Positions 13,688 through 24,747 are shown, counted from the first letter of the stretch. The stretch is 64,000 nucleotides of DNA from an uncultured Nitrososphaerales archaeon (GCA_963709405.1 CAVPXM010000038.1:96867-160866), one strand, 5' to 3'. The notes: a model not told the origin generated them from the sequence alone. Numbers and translations: made by a program.

Positions 13688-14224
13688 TCAAGCCTCTTTT
13701 ATAGTTTTACCAATTGATCGTAGTCTTATTTTGGACTTCTTTGAATCGAATTTTGATTTAAACTTAGCAATATTGACTATGAACCTTTCATGTTTTCCGG
13801 ATCCTATTTTTTCCAGATCGTCTGAGGCTTCAACATCAAACATAATCCGTCTGTCATCAACTGATACTACTTTGGATTTAAAAAGGACTTCAAAGCCTAT
13901 CGGTGTAGCTGCTATATGTGTAACATTTACAAGAGTCCCGACTGAATCCCATTCCTCATCATTAAGGAATTGCTCCTTTAGGAGGAGTCTACATGTTTCT
14001 TCCATTTCCGCTATCATAGAAGGTGTAGACAAGACATTTTCTCCATCCCATAGAAATGTTGTACTTTGATTTGAACTCGTCCTAACCTTCCGTTCCATAT
14101 TTGCTCCAACTTTGATATCTCGAATCATCTTTCTCTTTAGAACAAGCTTAGTCTTTAGATTTTCTCGTAGCAAACACATCTTGTCGAAACTGCAAGTGTG
14201 AAAGGGATCTAGCATCAATGCCAT
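13688..14224 (-). CDS. Hotdog-fold thioesterase, fluoroacetyl-CoA thioesterase (FlK)-like
   Basis: VLSTPSMIAEME, SVGT.V...H.AATP.G and G.HERF motifs with Thr/Glu/His triad; real start probably downstream (MIRDIK). Confidence 0.8.
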   Translation of the reverse strand: MALMLDPFHTCSFDKMCLLRENLKTKLVLKRKMIRDIKVGANMERKVRTSSNQSTTFLWDGENVLSTPSMIAEMEETCRLLLKEQFLNDEEWDSVGTLVNVTHIAATPIGFEVLFKSKVVSVDDRRIMFDVEASDDLEKIGSGKHERFIVNIAKFKSKFDSKKSKIRLRSIGKTIKEA

Positions 14225-14404
14225 TTACGATGTTCAAAACTCGAGATATTTAATCTGTTAACTAATTAAAATTTCAATCAAGATCCAACAGAAAATAACT
14301 ACATAATCTCCAATATTATATGAATTATATACCGTAGCAATTATAGGGTTAGTGCACCTCTTCATAATGCTAAAATAAAAAAGAAAAAATTTTGGGAATT
14401 CGGC

Positions 14405-14545
14405 TTATCTGGCCCGCCGTGCAGCAGATGCAATAACATATGCTAGACCCACAGCCAAACCGAATGTCAATGGAATCCAGACACCAAAGCTATCAACACT
14501 GAAAGGCACTATTTGCTGCAACAGACTTTCGAATACCATATTCAT
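14405..14545 (-). CDS. 46-aa single-pass membrane protein (not in ORF track)
   Basis: Hand translation MNMVFESLLQQIVPFSVDSFGVWIPLTFGLAVGLAYVIASAARRAR; hydrophobic helix with basic tail, followed by a T-rich tract. Confidence 0.6.
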   Translation of the reverse strand: MNMVFESLLQQIVPFSVDSFGVWIPLTFGLAVGLAYVIASAARRAR

Positions 14546-14741
14546 GGAATAGAGTATTTAGTATATTAGATTTACTCAAACCCCTAAAGAGTTAATCCGA
14601 TAGTCATTTTGGCCTACGTATACTTACTCTTATCTAAAGCACGTCCTGGAAGGTTATTATGCGTCTTGGCTGCGAAAATTCGAGATCAAGCACCAACGAC
14701 GCTGTCCTTAAATTACGGATAATCGGACACTTTATAAATAT

Positions 14742-15020
14742 ATGAAAATGAAGAAGGAGTATAATAAATTCTGTCCCAAATGTAAGAAATATACTATTCA
14801 AGCTGTTGCAATTTATAAAAAGGGCAAGGATAGAAAAGTTGCAGAAGGTGCGCGAAGGCATGCTGAAGATAAAAAGGGTTATGGAGGACAAAAATTTCCA
14901 GAACTCAAACGTACTGCAAAGACATCTAAGAAAATTACGTTGCGTTATACTTGTAAGAGTTGCCAAAGAAAAACTATGAAGAATGGGATGAGGATACGCA
15001 AGTTGGAAATCCTATCGTAA
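14742..15020 (+). CDS. rpl44e: 50S ribosomal protein L44e
   Basis: CPKC..CKSC zinc ribbon, GYGGQKFP, AKTSKK. Confidence 0.95.
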   Translation: MKMKKEYNKFCPKCKKYTIQAVAIYKKGKDRKVAEGARRHAEDKKGYGGQKFPELKRTAKTSKKITLRYTCKSCQRKTMKNGMRIRKLEILS

Positions 15021-15034
15021 GTTGGGATGAGAGT

Positions 15035-15232
15035 ATGCGCAGAAATAATATCATGGTTCCAAAACCACAGAGTAATTTCCTCTCCATCCAGTGTTTAAAT
15101 TGTGGAGAAAAGAGGGTTATCTTCACCTATACTACAATGGATATTCAATGCAAAGCTTGTGGTCAATTAATCGCAAAAAAGACTGGCGGTAAAGCCAATA
15201 TTACGGGAAAAGCCTTGTCAATACTTGATTAG
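15035..15232 (+). CDS. rps27e: 30S ribosomal protein S27e
   Basis: PKPQSNFL..CLNC..CKAC..TGGKA; follows L44e; start reassigned to ATG 15035. Confidence 0.93.
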   Translation: MRRNNIMVPKPQSNFLSIQCLNCGEKRVIFTYTTMDIQCKACGQLIAKKTGGKANITGKALSILD

Positions 15233-15855
15233 TTCCGATTGTATGACCTATTTGCAAGCTCGAGGTCCTTTTTGGTATTTACATTGATTGCTATCTCTTT
15301 TTCATTCATCAGCAAATAACATTCCGACAATCCTTGGTTTTTATGTTTGACTCCTGAAGAATCAATCACTGTAATGCCAGAATGACAATAATCAACATTA
15401 TCTTCACATATTATTACACTCGGTTTTATGCCTATACTTTCCACAAATTTTTTTTCCAGTATTACTGAGATGCAAGGTGCATCCTTAGGACAGTTCGTAA
15501 CTATTTTCTTTATTATTTTTGCATTTATAAATGGAAGATCCGCTCCCAAGAAGAATAACTTAGAAGGCCTCAAATACTCGACAAGTCGCATCAGATCGAA
15601 TGAATAACCCATCCCAGCCGACTCAATGACCTTGATATTATAAAAGCTGCCATAATTGTCGTACACAAAATCTCTTGTCATTGGAGTATTTGGACTGGGC
15701 ACTACTATTACCCTTTCAAACTGTAAAGATGCTATCAAGGCGTCTACAACATACTCTATCAATGTCTTTCCTAGTACCATTCTTAATGGTTTCTCAATTT
15801 TGGTAAAATCGTCCATACGCGTACCTTTTCCTCCACACATTACCACTGCAATCAT
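15229..15855 (-). CDS. cobY: Adenosylcobinamide-phosphate guanylyltransferase
   Basis: MCGGKGTRM..EKPL nucleotidyltransferase motif, ADLP, NVNT; in cob operon. Confidence 0.85.
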   Translation of the reverse strand: MIAVVMCGGKGTRMDDFTKIEKPLRMVLGKTLIEYVVDALIASLQFERVIVVPSPNTPMTRDFVYDNYGSFYNIKVIESAGMGYSFDLMRLVEYLRPSKLFFLGADLPFINAKIIKKIVTNCPKDAPCISVILEKKFVESIGIKPSVIICEDNVDYCHSGITVIDSSGVKHKNQGLSECYLLMNEKEIAINVNTKKDLELANRSYNRN

Positions 15856-15869
15856 ACCGTTCTACTCGC

Positions 15870-16631
15870 CTAGAGTGTTGCGACACACGATAGGACAACA
15901 AGTGATGAAAGTCTAACTAGCTCGTTTGAGGCACCAAGCACATCACCAGATATTCCTCCAAAGCTCCTTTTTGATACGTATCCAAGGATGGCTGCGACAG
16001 CAAGGGATATGCCTAGAGCCGCAAAACTCCAGTAGCTTCCAACTAAGAATATTATTGAAAGCATCATAACCGTAGCGAGCAAAAATCTTCTCTTGTTCTT
16101 CATTGCACGTGTGAAAGGAGAACTAAACCCATCCCAGGCAGATGATCCACAATAAGCATGTAATACCATTGCATATTTAGCAAGTACCTCTGCGATGACA
16201 ATGCTAGTAAATAGTCTTATTGTATGATACAGGCTCGATAATGTAATCACCATTCCCACAATATACAAAATTAATGCAATAGCGCCAGCAGAACCAATAG
16301 CAGGATCGCGCATCGCCTTCTGTTTAACTTCAATTCGACCCTTAGCTCCCAAACCGTCAGCAAAATCTGCAAGCGCATCAGTGTGACTTGCCCCAGTTAT
16401 AATGATAATACTGGCGGTTATTAAGAGGCCCACCAGTTGAGGTTGGAGAAGGAAAGAAATTTCATATGCCAAACATCCGATGATTGCTCCAATAATTGTT
16501 CCTACTAATGGAAAAAGATACATATTTGTTGCGATATAATTTAAGTCTAACATTCTTGTAGATTCATTCTTGGAGTAGGAAGGAATAATAGTTAAAAATG
16601 AAATTACGGCTCGCAATGAGCTAAGGACCAA
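15870..16631 (-). CDS. cobS: Adenosylcobinamide-GDP ribazoletransferase
   Basis: FLTIIP, HTDALADFADG, MRDP..G, GGISGDVLGA; multi-TM. Confidence 0.93.
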   Translation of the reverse strand: MVLSSLRAVISFLTIIPSYSKNESTRMLDLNYIATNMYLFPLVGTIIGAIIGCLAYEISFLLQPQLVGLLITASIIIITGASHTDALADFADGLGAKGRIEVKQKAMRDPAIGSAGAIALILYIVGMVITLSSLYHTIRLFTSIVIAEVLAKYAMVLHAYCGSSAWDGFSSPFTRAMKNKRRFLLATVMMLSIIFLVGSYWSFAALGISLAVAAILGYVSKRSFGGISGDVLGASNELVRLSSLVVLSCVATL

Positions 16632-17628
16632 ATAAGAAATTCCACCAGCCTAAAACATAAAATATGAGTATCATTGGAATAGACATAATAAAGCAAAATA
16701 AGATGGCCGTTAATTTCATTATAGCGATCGCACATTTACACTTCTCGATCGATAGAGGATCGTAGGGATCACCCACCGAGTAATGGCCAATCTTTTCAAG
16801 TTTTACGCGTAGGGAACCAGCCATGGAAGAAATTGGATAACCTGCATTTACGCTCAATGTTTTGTCATGATCCCTTTTCATTATTCTTATGGAATTCTTC
16901 CAATCTGCTGAAAGCAGTAGAGAAGACATCACAATTAATACCCCTGTTAGTCTAGCTGGGACATAATTAGCAATCGTATCCAGTTTTGCAGACATCCACC
17001 CAATATTTTCATAGTATTTGTCTTTATAGCCTATCATCGAGTCGAGTGTATTAATTATTCTAAAAATAAAAGATCCTGTAGGTCCAAAGAGCGAATAAAA
17101 GAACATCGGTGATACGACACCATCTACAGTACTTTCGCTAATACACTCAATCGTTCCTGAAAGGATGCGCTGCTCATCTAAATTTTCTGTTTCTCTTCGT
17201 ACGATCATGGAGAGGCAATATCGTGCATTATTTAAATCTCTTCTTTCCAATGCCTTCATTATTTTAGCACTATGCACTTCCATCCCCTTTATTGCGATGG
17301 TAATCTTTAAGATTATTGCATAAATAATTATTACAAGAAAAGAACCAAATAAATGGGAGCTTACATACAGGCATAGTTGTAAAATATAACCAAATATTCC
17401 TAATAAACAGAACACGAAAATGGCTCCTTTTAATTTTTCCTTCATTATATGCCATGTACCTTCGACATCATAATGATCAGCGGTAGTCTTTACTTTTAAT
17501 AGTGGGATGAAGAAATCAATAAAGTTTCCTAGCCATCTTACTGGGTGGTACTTGTTTTTCGGTTCACCAAATAAGAAATCTAGCACCATCACCAATATGA
17601 GTGCAATTACCAGGCTTTCTTCTATCAT
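16621..17628 (-). CDS. cbiB: Adenosylcobinamide-phosphate synthase
   Basis: GEP...HPV, ES..DG, INTLDSMIGYK, NYVPARL, NAGYP. Confidence 0.93.
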   Translation of the reverse strand: MIEESLVIALILVMVLDFLFGEPKNKYHPVRWLGNFIDFFIPLLKVKTTADHYDVEGTWHIMKEKLKGAIFVFCLLGIFGYILQLCLYVSSHLFGSFLVIIIYAIILKITIAIKGMEVHSAKIMKALERRDLNNARYCLSMIVRRETENLDEQRILSGTIECISESTVDGVVSPMFFYSLFGPTGSFIFRIINTLDSMIGYKDKYYENIGWMSAKLDTIANYVPARLTGVLIVMSSLLLSADWKNSIRIMKRDHDKTLSVNAGYPISSMAGSLRVKLEKIGHYSVGDPYDPLSIEKCKCAIAIMKLTAILFCFIMSIPMILIFYVLGWWNFLFGP

Positions 17629-18518
17629 ATCATACTTAGCCTTATGACATCTCTCATTACTTTTCGAATGTCAATTCTATCACGTACTACGTCTGCTATA
17701 AGATCTATGTTTTTATCGACAGATATGTTGGAAAGTGTAATACCATTAGTTTTAACTCCATCTAACGAATCCTCATCAGGTAATTTCAAATCTACTTTCG
17801 GGATCACGCCTAATATTTTTTTGCTTATCATTTCTCCAACTAAGTCTATGGCGGGGATCAGAAGTGCAGTGTCTCCTCTGAACTTGTTAATTATAAATCC
17901 CTTTACAAGATTTCTGTGACGACGATTTAGTAATTTCATGGTACCTACAATGCTCGAGAAACAACCTCCCCTTTCTATATCTGCTACAATAATTACTGGA
18001 GCAGAGACCTTTTCTGCAAGAAGCATATTTGCTATATCGTATTTAAAAAGATTGATCTCAGCAGGAGATCCTGCACCTTCAATGACCACGATATCATTTT
18101 CCTTTCTTAAACCTTCTAAAGAATTTAAAACGAGTGGAAAACCATTTTGCATGACAAAATTTTCGTAGTATTCCCTAGAACCGATCGTTGAATTGAATCG
18201 ACCTGCTAAAATGAGATCACTTTTATAATCTCCGACTGGTTTTAACAAAATAGGATTCATTCTTGTATCTGGTAATTTTCTTGATGCTAATGCCTGCACG
18301 GCTTGTGCCTGTGCAATAATATCAGTGGTTCCAGAAATAGTGTGAAGGTTGGAAGACATATTTTGTGCTTTGAATGGAACTACATTGTATCCTTCATCTG
18401 AGAGGATTCTGCAAAACGCAGTTGTGATAATACTTTTTCCTGAACCAGAAGTAGTTCCTTGTATCATTAGTAGTTTTGCCTTCATACATCTATCGATTCC
18501 AAGGCCTGAAGGAGACAT
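17625..18518 (-). CDS. cbiP: Cobyric acid synthase, short form lacking the glutaminase domain
   Basis: GTTSGSGKS, PFKAQNMS, MNPILLKP, EGAGSPAEINL, DIERGG, INKFRGD, EDS; ends ~45 aa after EDS. Confidence 0.9.
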   Translation of the reverse strand: MSPSGLGIDRCMKAKLLMIQGTTSGSGKSIITTAFCRILSDEGYNVVPFKAQNMSSNLHTISGTTDIIAQAQAVQALASRKLPDTRMNPILLKPVGDYKSDLILAGRFNSTIGSREYYENFVMQNGFPLVLNSLEGLRKENDIVVIEGAGSPAEINLFKYDIANMLLAEKVSAPVIIVADIERGGCFSSIVGTMKLLNRRHRNLVKGFIINKFRGDTALLIPAIDLVGEMISKKILGVIPKVDLKLPDEDSLDGVKTNGITLSNISVDKNIDLIADVVRDRIDIRKVMRDVIRLSMI

Positions 18519-19556
18519 GCATTGTCGTTATGTGTCTTTACAGAAACTCTAATATATTCTCCTGATTCCAATCCATTGAATGTAATACAATCTCGAACAA
18601 GTATTCCATACCGAATCAGGAGGGTATTTCTCAGTCTGGTCGATTTGATATTTTTTAGATGTATCAAAAAATAATTCACATTAGAAATAATAGGGACAAA
18701 CGATTTCGTTTTTCTTTTGATATGGGTTTGCATAAATTTTCTTTCTCTTTCGATTAATGTTCTGGCTTTTGTCAAATGACTCGAGTCTTTTAGAGCACAG
18801 ATAGCTGCCCTTTTGTGCAATCCCATTTACATGCCAAGGTATTTGATATGAGGATAATTTCTTGCCTAGTTTTGGGTTGCATATACCATATCCTACTCTC
18901 AAACCAGCAAGACCGAAAGATTTTGTCAACGATCGAATGATTACCAAGTTATCAAATTCCTCGATTTTTTCGACTAAAGAATCACACTTACCTCCATTGG
19001 GTACTAATTCTATGAACGACTCATCCAATAGGATGATCGTAGGATATTTAACGTATTCCAAAATTTTCTTAATACTATTTGATGAAAGTAAGCCAGTAGG
19101 GTTGTTTGGATTACATAAGTATATAGCATCAGAATCTTTTGCCTTTTCAATAATGGAGTCAGCCTCTATATTCAAATTTTGAAGTGGCACAAATGTAATT
19201 TGTGCATTCAGTAGTTTAGACGCAAGTTCGTATTCACAAAAGGTGGGTGCTGGGATAACCACCTTATTGCGTACGAATGCCCTAGCGAAATTATGGATTA
19301 TCTCTATTGCCCCATTTCCGACATTTATCCATTCCGAGTTTAGATCTTTCCGCAAATATTCCAATATCCCTATTTTTAGTTCCCTGCAATCTGGATCAGG
19401 ATAGACTGAAGACAAGGAATCAATATTCTTATGAATGGATTTTAGAACAACCTTCGAGATACCCAAGGGATTGACACTCGAGCTGAAATCTAACTTGACG
19501 AGGCTAGGATTAACAGAGTAAATCCCTCCATGGATACAGCTATTTCCCATGTCCAA
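18482..19556 (-). CDS. cobD: Threonine-phosphate decarboxylase (PLP); frameshift near 18809
   Basis: HGG, DFSSSVNPLG, CNPNNPTG, SLTKSFGLAGLRVGY; C-terminus (ILVRDC..F.GL, RVSV) in ORF 18482-18826. Confidence 0.87.
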
Positions 19557-19710
19557 TATTACTAATAGATTTAGATATGTTTATGTTTGTGATAACACCA
19601 AATAATGTCAAAACTGCCAATCGCATCGCATTGCCATCTAATCTTGCTAAGATGGAATGAAATGTGGCTTTGAAAACGATTATTAAATGTACGTAAGCTA
19701 ATGCGGATTT

Positions 19711-20787
19711 ATGCAAAGAATAGCTGTATTAGGAGCTACTGGTGCGGTAGGGCAGGAATTTGTAGTATCACTAAATAAGCATCCTTGGTTTGAATTAACG
19801 CAGGTCGCTTCATCTGCTAGATCTGCCGGTAAGAAGTATATAGATGCATTACGAGATCCTGCCTCAGGGATATTAAAATGGCACAACCCTGAACCAATCC
19901 CGGAATACATGCAGGATATGGTTATTAGTAAAATAGAAGACATAGATCCAGAAAAATTTGATCTAATATTTACTGCTCTAAACTCTGATGACGCACAAAC
20001 AATAGAGCCTGATTTTGCACGATCAGTACCGGTAATCAGTACTGCTCCAGCATTTAGGTATGAAAATGACGTCCCTATTTTGATTCCAGGTATTAACGAT
20101 GAACACATAGAAATACTAGATATTCAGAAAAAAAATAGAAATTGGAATGGATTTATTGCTCCTTTGCCAAATTGCACAACCACGGGTCTTGCAATTACAT
20201 TAAAGCCCATTATGGATAAATATGGCGTGGAAAGTGTATTTATGACGTCCTTGCAAGCATTGTCTGGTGCTGGTAGGTCACCCGGTGTAATTGCTCTTGA
20301 TATAATGGATAACGTTATTCCGTATATCCCAAAGGAGGAGGAAAAAGTTCAAATCGAAACAAAAAAAATTCTCGGTGAATTGAATCAAACATCAATTGTA
20401 CCAAATAATATAAAGGTTAGTTGCACATGCATGAGAGTTCCGGTTTCAGATGGTCATACCGAGTCTGTATTTGTAGAAACTAAAGAATCGGTAGATCCAC
20501 ACATGATAAAAAAAGAAATGCTAAAATTCTCGAAAAATGTATCGATTAAGGAGTTACCCACTGCACCAAAAGACTATATCATTGTCCACGATGATCCTAC
20601 TAGACCACAGCCGCGTATAGACAGAGAAATTAATGACGGAATGACTACTGTTGTAGGTAGAATAAGAAAAGACACTGTTTTTGAAAATGGAATAAAGTAT
20701 GTTCTACTCTCCCATAATGAAAAAATGGGCTCTGCAAAAGGTGCAGTTCTACTTGCAGAACTTTTGAAACGCAAAAATATTATCTAA
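19711..20787 (+). CDS. asd: Aspartate-semialdehyde dehydrogenase
   Basis: LGATGAVGQ, PNCTT, QALSGAG, RVPVSDGH. Confidence 0.96.
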   Translation: MQRIAVLGATGAVGQEFVVSLNKHPWFELTQVASSARSAGKKYIDALRDPASGILKWHNPEPIPEYMQDMVISKIEDIDPEKFDLIFTALNSDDAQTIEPDFARSVPVISTAPAFRYENDVPILIPGINDEHIEILDIQKKNRNWNGFIAPLPNCTTTGLAITLKPIMDKYGVESVFMTSLQALSGAGRSPGVIALDIMDNVIPYIPKEEEKVQIETKKILGELNQTSIVPNNIKVSCTCMRVPVSDGHTESVFVETKESVDPHMIKKEMLKFSKNVSIKELPTAPKDYIIVHDDPTRPQPRIDREINDGMTTVVGRIRKDTVFENGIKYVLLSHNEKMGSAKGAVLLAELLKRKNII

Positions 20788-20870
20788 CCTTTTTTATTGT
20801 AAAAAATTGTGCTAAATTTGAAATTAATAGGTTTATTAATCACTCAATTAGAGTTATAATGGTATAATAA

Positions 20871-21335
20871 ATGGGAAGGATAGATGATTTAGATCTGAAA
20901 ATTTTAAGTGAGCTTGCTAGAGATGCAAGTATCTCGGTACCAAAGCTTTCAAAAAGGATTAATGTCAATGCTTCTGTTGTTTATAGCAGAATAAAACGTC
21001 TTTCCAAAAGAGGCCTTATCAAAAAATTTACTATTATGATCAATGACGAGGCGTTAGGCTTTAATGTAAAAGCACTTACTGGTGTTAACATGGATTCAAA
21101 AATGAGAGACAATGTCCTCAGTGAGCTATTTAAGATATCAGAAGTGAGAGAAGTTGCAGAGGTTACAGGAAGATTTGATATTCTGGTAACTATGACCGCT
21201 CGTTCCCTTGATGAGATGCACCAGTTGATTTCTGAAAGGGTAGGACGGATAGAAGGAGTTCAGAAAACAGAAACCTTTATAGAAATGAGAAAAACAGTAC
21301 GCGAAATTCTTTACTCAACGCCCATATCCCAATAG
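20871..21335 (+). CDS. Lrp/AsnC family transcriptional regulator
   Basis: DDLDLKIL..L..DA HTH, EVTGRFD, TETF. Confidence 0.92.
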   Translation: MGRIDDLDLKILSELARDASISVPKLSKRINVNASVVYSRIKRLSKRGLIKKFTIMINDEALGFNVKALTGVNMDSKMRDNVLSELFKISEVREVAEVTGRFDILVTMTARSLDEMHQLISERVGRIEGVQKTETFIEMRKTVREILYSTPISQ

Positions 21336-21409
21336 ATTATTGTTTTTTGGAAAGATATATGTAATATATTAGGATAATGCCTTTTATAACAGACTAAAGA
21401 AGATCCTAT

Positions 21410-22307
21410 ATGGGTATTTTAATCCCTCAGTCAACGGTACGCAATTTATTAAAAAATTATTATGAACTGACTAAACCAAAGATTTGGTATCTATTAGTTT
21501 TTACTGCATTTGGTTCTGCACTTACTGCTTCATTCTTATTTGATATTCCTGTTCGGCCGCTAACTTGGATACTGCTCGTTGGAGGTGTAGCTGCTGGTTC
21601 GGCTGCCAGCTGATACCATTACAGGCTACAATGATCGAGACATAGATGCAATTATGGAAAGGACCAAACAAAGACCTATTCCTTCAGGAAGGATTTCGCC
21701 TAGAAATGCACTTGCATTCGGACTGATCCTTGCCGCAATTTCTTTAATATGTTCATGGTTAATCAATATCTGGGTTTTTGCGCTGATGATATTTGGATTA
21801 TTTGATAATATCATAGTTTATAGCAAATGGCTAAAACGTACTAGCCGGACAAACATAATCCTAGGCGGATTTTCTGGCGGTGCACCAGCTATGATAGGAT
21901 ATGTGGCAGTGACGACACAGAACCTTGAAGTTGGTCTGGTCATGGCTGGTCTTGTCTTTTTATGGATACCTACGCATATTTGGAGTCTGGCCTTGCATGT
22001 TAAAAAGGACTATTTGAAGGCACGAGTTCCGATGCTACCAGTTGTCTCTACCGAGAGTCAGTCAGTCCGAATAATTGCAGGAACAACACTCCTAATGGTT
22101 TTGTTTAGCATTTTCCCTTTTTTCTTTAATCAATTCGGCCAAATTTACCTAATCACTGCCTCAACATTTGGCGCGGTTATGATTTTCCTTTCGGTGCGGC
22201 TCTTAGTAAAACCTAGTGAAAAAGCATCCTGGTTGGTGTTCAAGTTTTCAAGTCCATATTTGATGGCGCTATTCATAGCATTTATTGTTGATGCTTACTT
22301 TCATTAG
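21410..22307 (+). CDS. cyoE: Protoheme IX farnesyltransferase; frameshift near 21607
   Basis: ELTKPKI, DRDIDAIMERTKQRPIPSG, LWIPTHIWSL, DY..A.VPMLP; one extra base joins the two ORFs. Confidence 0.9.
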
Positions 22308-22361
22308 TTTATTTAGGCCAGATTCATCGCTAAACCTAGATAAAGGTGGGTACATATGTTA

Positions 22362-23069
22362 CTAAACTGATAGTGCTTTTTCGCATTCGTAGATTATTCT
22401 TGCGATAACTACATGAGACTCTAAGTTGTAGTTACCTATCGAGTAAAAGAAATCGAATAATCTTTTTGTATTTTCAGTGAAATGTCCCCTTGGAAAACCG
22501 CCTATTATAAATGCGCATTGGTAACAACTTTTACTTATGTGCGTGGAGATAATCTTTTCTGGAGTATTTTGAACCCCCATTCTGGAGAGACCTATCACTT
22601 TTGAAGGCTTTATAATATTATTTATCAAGTATTCAAGGGATACATTATTTTGCAGCTTCAGAAGAGTAGCATTATTTTTGCCATCTCGTATAAGGTTGTT
22701 TTTGAACAGATCTATCATCAGCCCCTCAAAACGAGGATAAGACTTTGGTATTCTTAGATTTTCGCCAATATAGACTACTTGATTATTTATCGTTGATACA
22801 TAAACATTTAACAAGTTTTCTAAGAATAGCGGAGTAGATAATGCCTCAATTAATGCAAAATGTACGAGATCAGGCCTACCACGTCTCCAGGCAAATTCCA
22901 GTTTGTATTTCAGCATTGCAGCATGATGATAACTTCTATCTAGTAATATTTCTGATGGTTTCTTTCCAAGCTTTTTTGCATAATTTGTTACTGATGGATG
23001 ATTTATTAGGTCAACAGGTACGGTTTCAAGAGCGGCCTCGGAAATCACTAGCGATATGGCTTTGGTCAT
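22362..23069 (-). CDS. nep1: rRNA pseudouridine methyltransferase Nep1/Emg1
   Basis: LLDRSYHHAAM, RGRPDLVH, RIPKSYPRFEGLM, IGGFPRG. Confidence 0.93.
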   Translation of the reverse strand: MTKAISLVISEAALETVPVDLINHPSVTNYAKKLGKKPSEILLDRSYHHAAMLKYKLEFAWRRGRPDLVHFALIEALSTPLFLENLLNVYVSTINNQVVYIGENLRIPKSYPRFEGLMIDLFKNNLIRDGKNNATLLKLQNNVSLEYLINNIIKPSKVIGLSRMGVQNTPEKIISTHISKSCYQCAFIIGGFPRGHFTENTKRLFDFFYSIGNYNLESHVVIARIIYECEKALSV

Positions 23070-23175
23070 TTATCCCAATATAATCTAAAGTTGCTCATAA
23101 TCTTTCGCGCAAGATCGAAGATATACAATATGTGTCAATCTCTGTAGAGATTCAAACATGAGAAATATGTGTAAG

Positions 23176-23565
23176 TTAATGCGAATTCTTCGCATGGATT
23201 AGCTTCTTGAGTTCCTCTATAGAAGAAGCCATCTCTTGACGTGCATGCTCCTCATTTCCGATATTAATTAATATTTCCCCTGGTCCAAATTTGGTCTTAT
23301 TGATCTTGATTGGTACTTCTAAGTGCAATATTTCAGATAAGAATTCAAAAAGATTTGGGTAAGCGAAGTTGTTAGCATAAATAAAAGATGTTGTTCCCTC
23401 GCTGACAATTCCTTCCTTCTCTACTGGAAAAGTAAAAGATGATGAGCAAAGTGCTTCGACAATGGAATTGGCCATTTTCACCAAGTCAATGTTCGATCTA
23501 TCATGGCGCTTCAATTCAATATACCCTTTTGCGATATTTTCGAGTTTGTTGATTTTTTCCATCAA
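23176..23565 (-). CDS. Hypothetical protein
   Basis: 129-aa ORF with protein-like composition, no motif recognised. Confidence 0.6.
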   Translation of the reverse strand: MMEKINKLENIAKGYIELKRHDRSNIDLVKMANSIVEALCSSSFTFPVEKEGIVSEGTTSFIYANNFAYPNLFEFLSEILHLEVPIKINKTKFGPGEILINIGNEEHARQEMASSIEELKKLIHAKNSH

Positions 23566-24352
23566 CTGGTCAATAGTTAATGTTGACTTCTATATACAGA
23601 TTTTAATATTTATTTTAATACCCTGAGATATCATCCGATCGACGTCTTTTGCAAATTAACAAAAGTTCGACTCAAACATTAAGCGATTCTTGCGTGATTC
23701 GTTTTCAGTACTACCTCGATCCTACTATAATTCGATTCGAACGATCGAGTCACATCGTGTTGTATCTTTGTTGTATCTAAATTCGGCTCCTAAATCCAAT
23801 ACTGTTCTATCGAAACAGAATATATTTAAAAGAAGTTGTCGAGCTAGACTCGGGCTTTTGAGTTCCATGCATGCTCTATTGAAAGCACGCCAGATTTGAT
23901 GCAATGTTAGATACATTCATGTTTATGTCCAAATAAATTAATTCGAAAGTGAGGCATACGAAATCAGAGTGGGAGTAAGTAAAGTGGTGTACATCTTCAA
24001 TTCTCAGAATTATGCAATCGATTCCATTTTTCTCCATGGGTCCTATACACGTAGTCGACAGCCATGCATTCACATTTCTTGCACTTTGCCCAGTATAATA
24101 CTTTCGAGATATCGTGTGTAATCTACAATTTCCACAAACATTCCCAAATCATTAATCTGATCTATTGTAAGCTTCAGTTCAGAATGAATAGATGTTCTAT
24201 GTGATTTAGATAAAGATTGATGTATCAGGATCATTAGCTGGATAAAATTATCAAATAATGGATAGCATGACACTTGATCATTAAAATTAAACGCATCGAG
24301 CATTAAATTAACATGAACCAGTATAACGTGTAGATATGCACAGAGCGCTCCA

Positions 24353-24562
24353 ATGAATCTAGAGATAATCAATAAATTCCCTGAAAGCGACTATACCATA
24401 GTGGATAAATCTAAATGGTGTCTCCAAAACGAACATGGGAATTGTGAGGGTGAGATCACGTTTATCATCGACGGTTCAAAGCTAACAAAAATCTGCGAAT
24501 GTCAGTGTCATAACAATATGTATCAGTTAATTCGAAGAATGCACACATTCAATGATTTTTAG
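24353..24562 (+). CDS. Small Cys/His-rich putative metal-binding protein
   Basis: C-x4-H-x2-C ... CECQCH in 69 aa. Confidence 0.55.
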   Translation: MNLEIINKFPESDYTIVDKSKWCLQNEHGNCEGEITFIIDGSKLTKICECQCHNNMYQLIRRMHTFNDF

Positions 24563-24747
24563 TACTTGACTGTCTTAAATGACAACAAATTAACTTTCTG
24601 ATTTCAAAATATTCTTTATTCTTAAATTGATATTTTTTATAGGGAGTATCTGACTTGAGGTTCAAAGTGGCTGAGATCACTAAATAATCCTAGAATAGTG
24701 ATATACGGTAAAGGATTTATTGCTATTTATGCTACCTGTTTGTCCGC

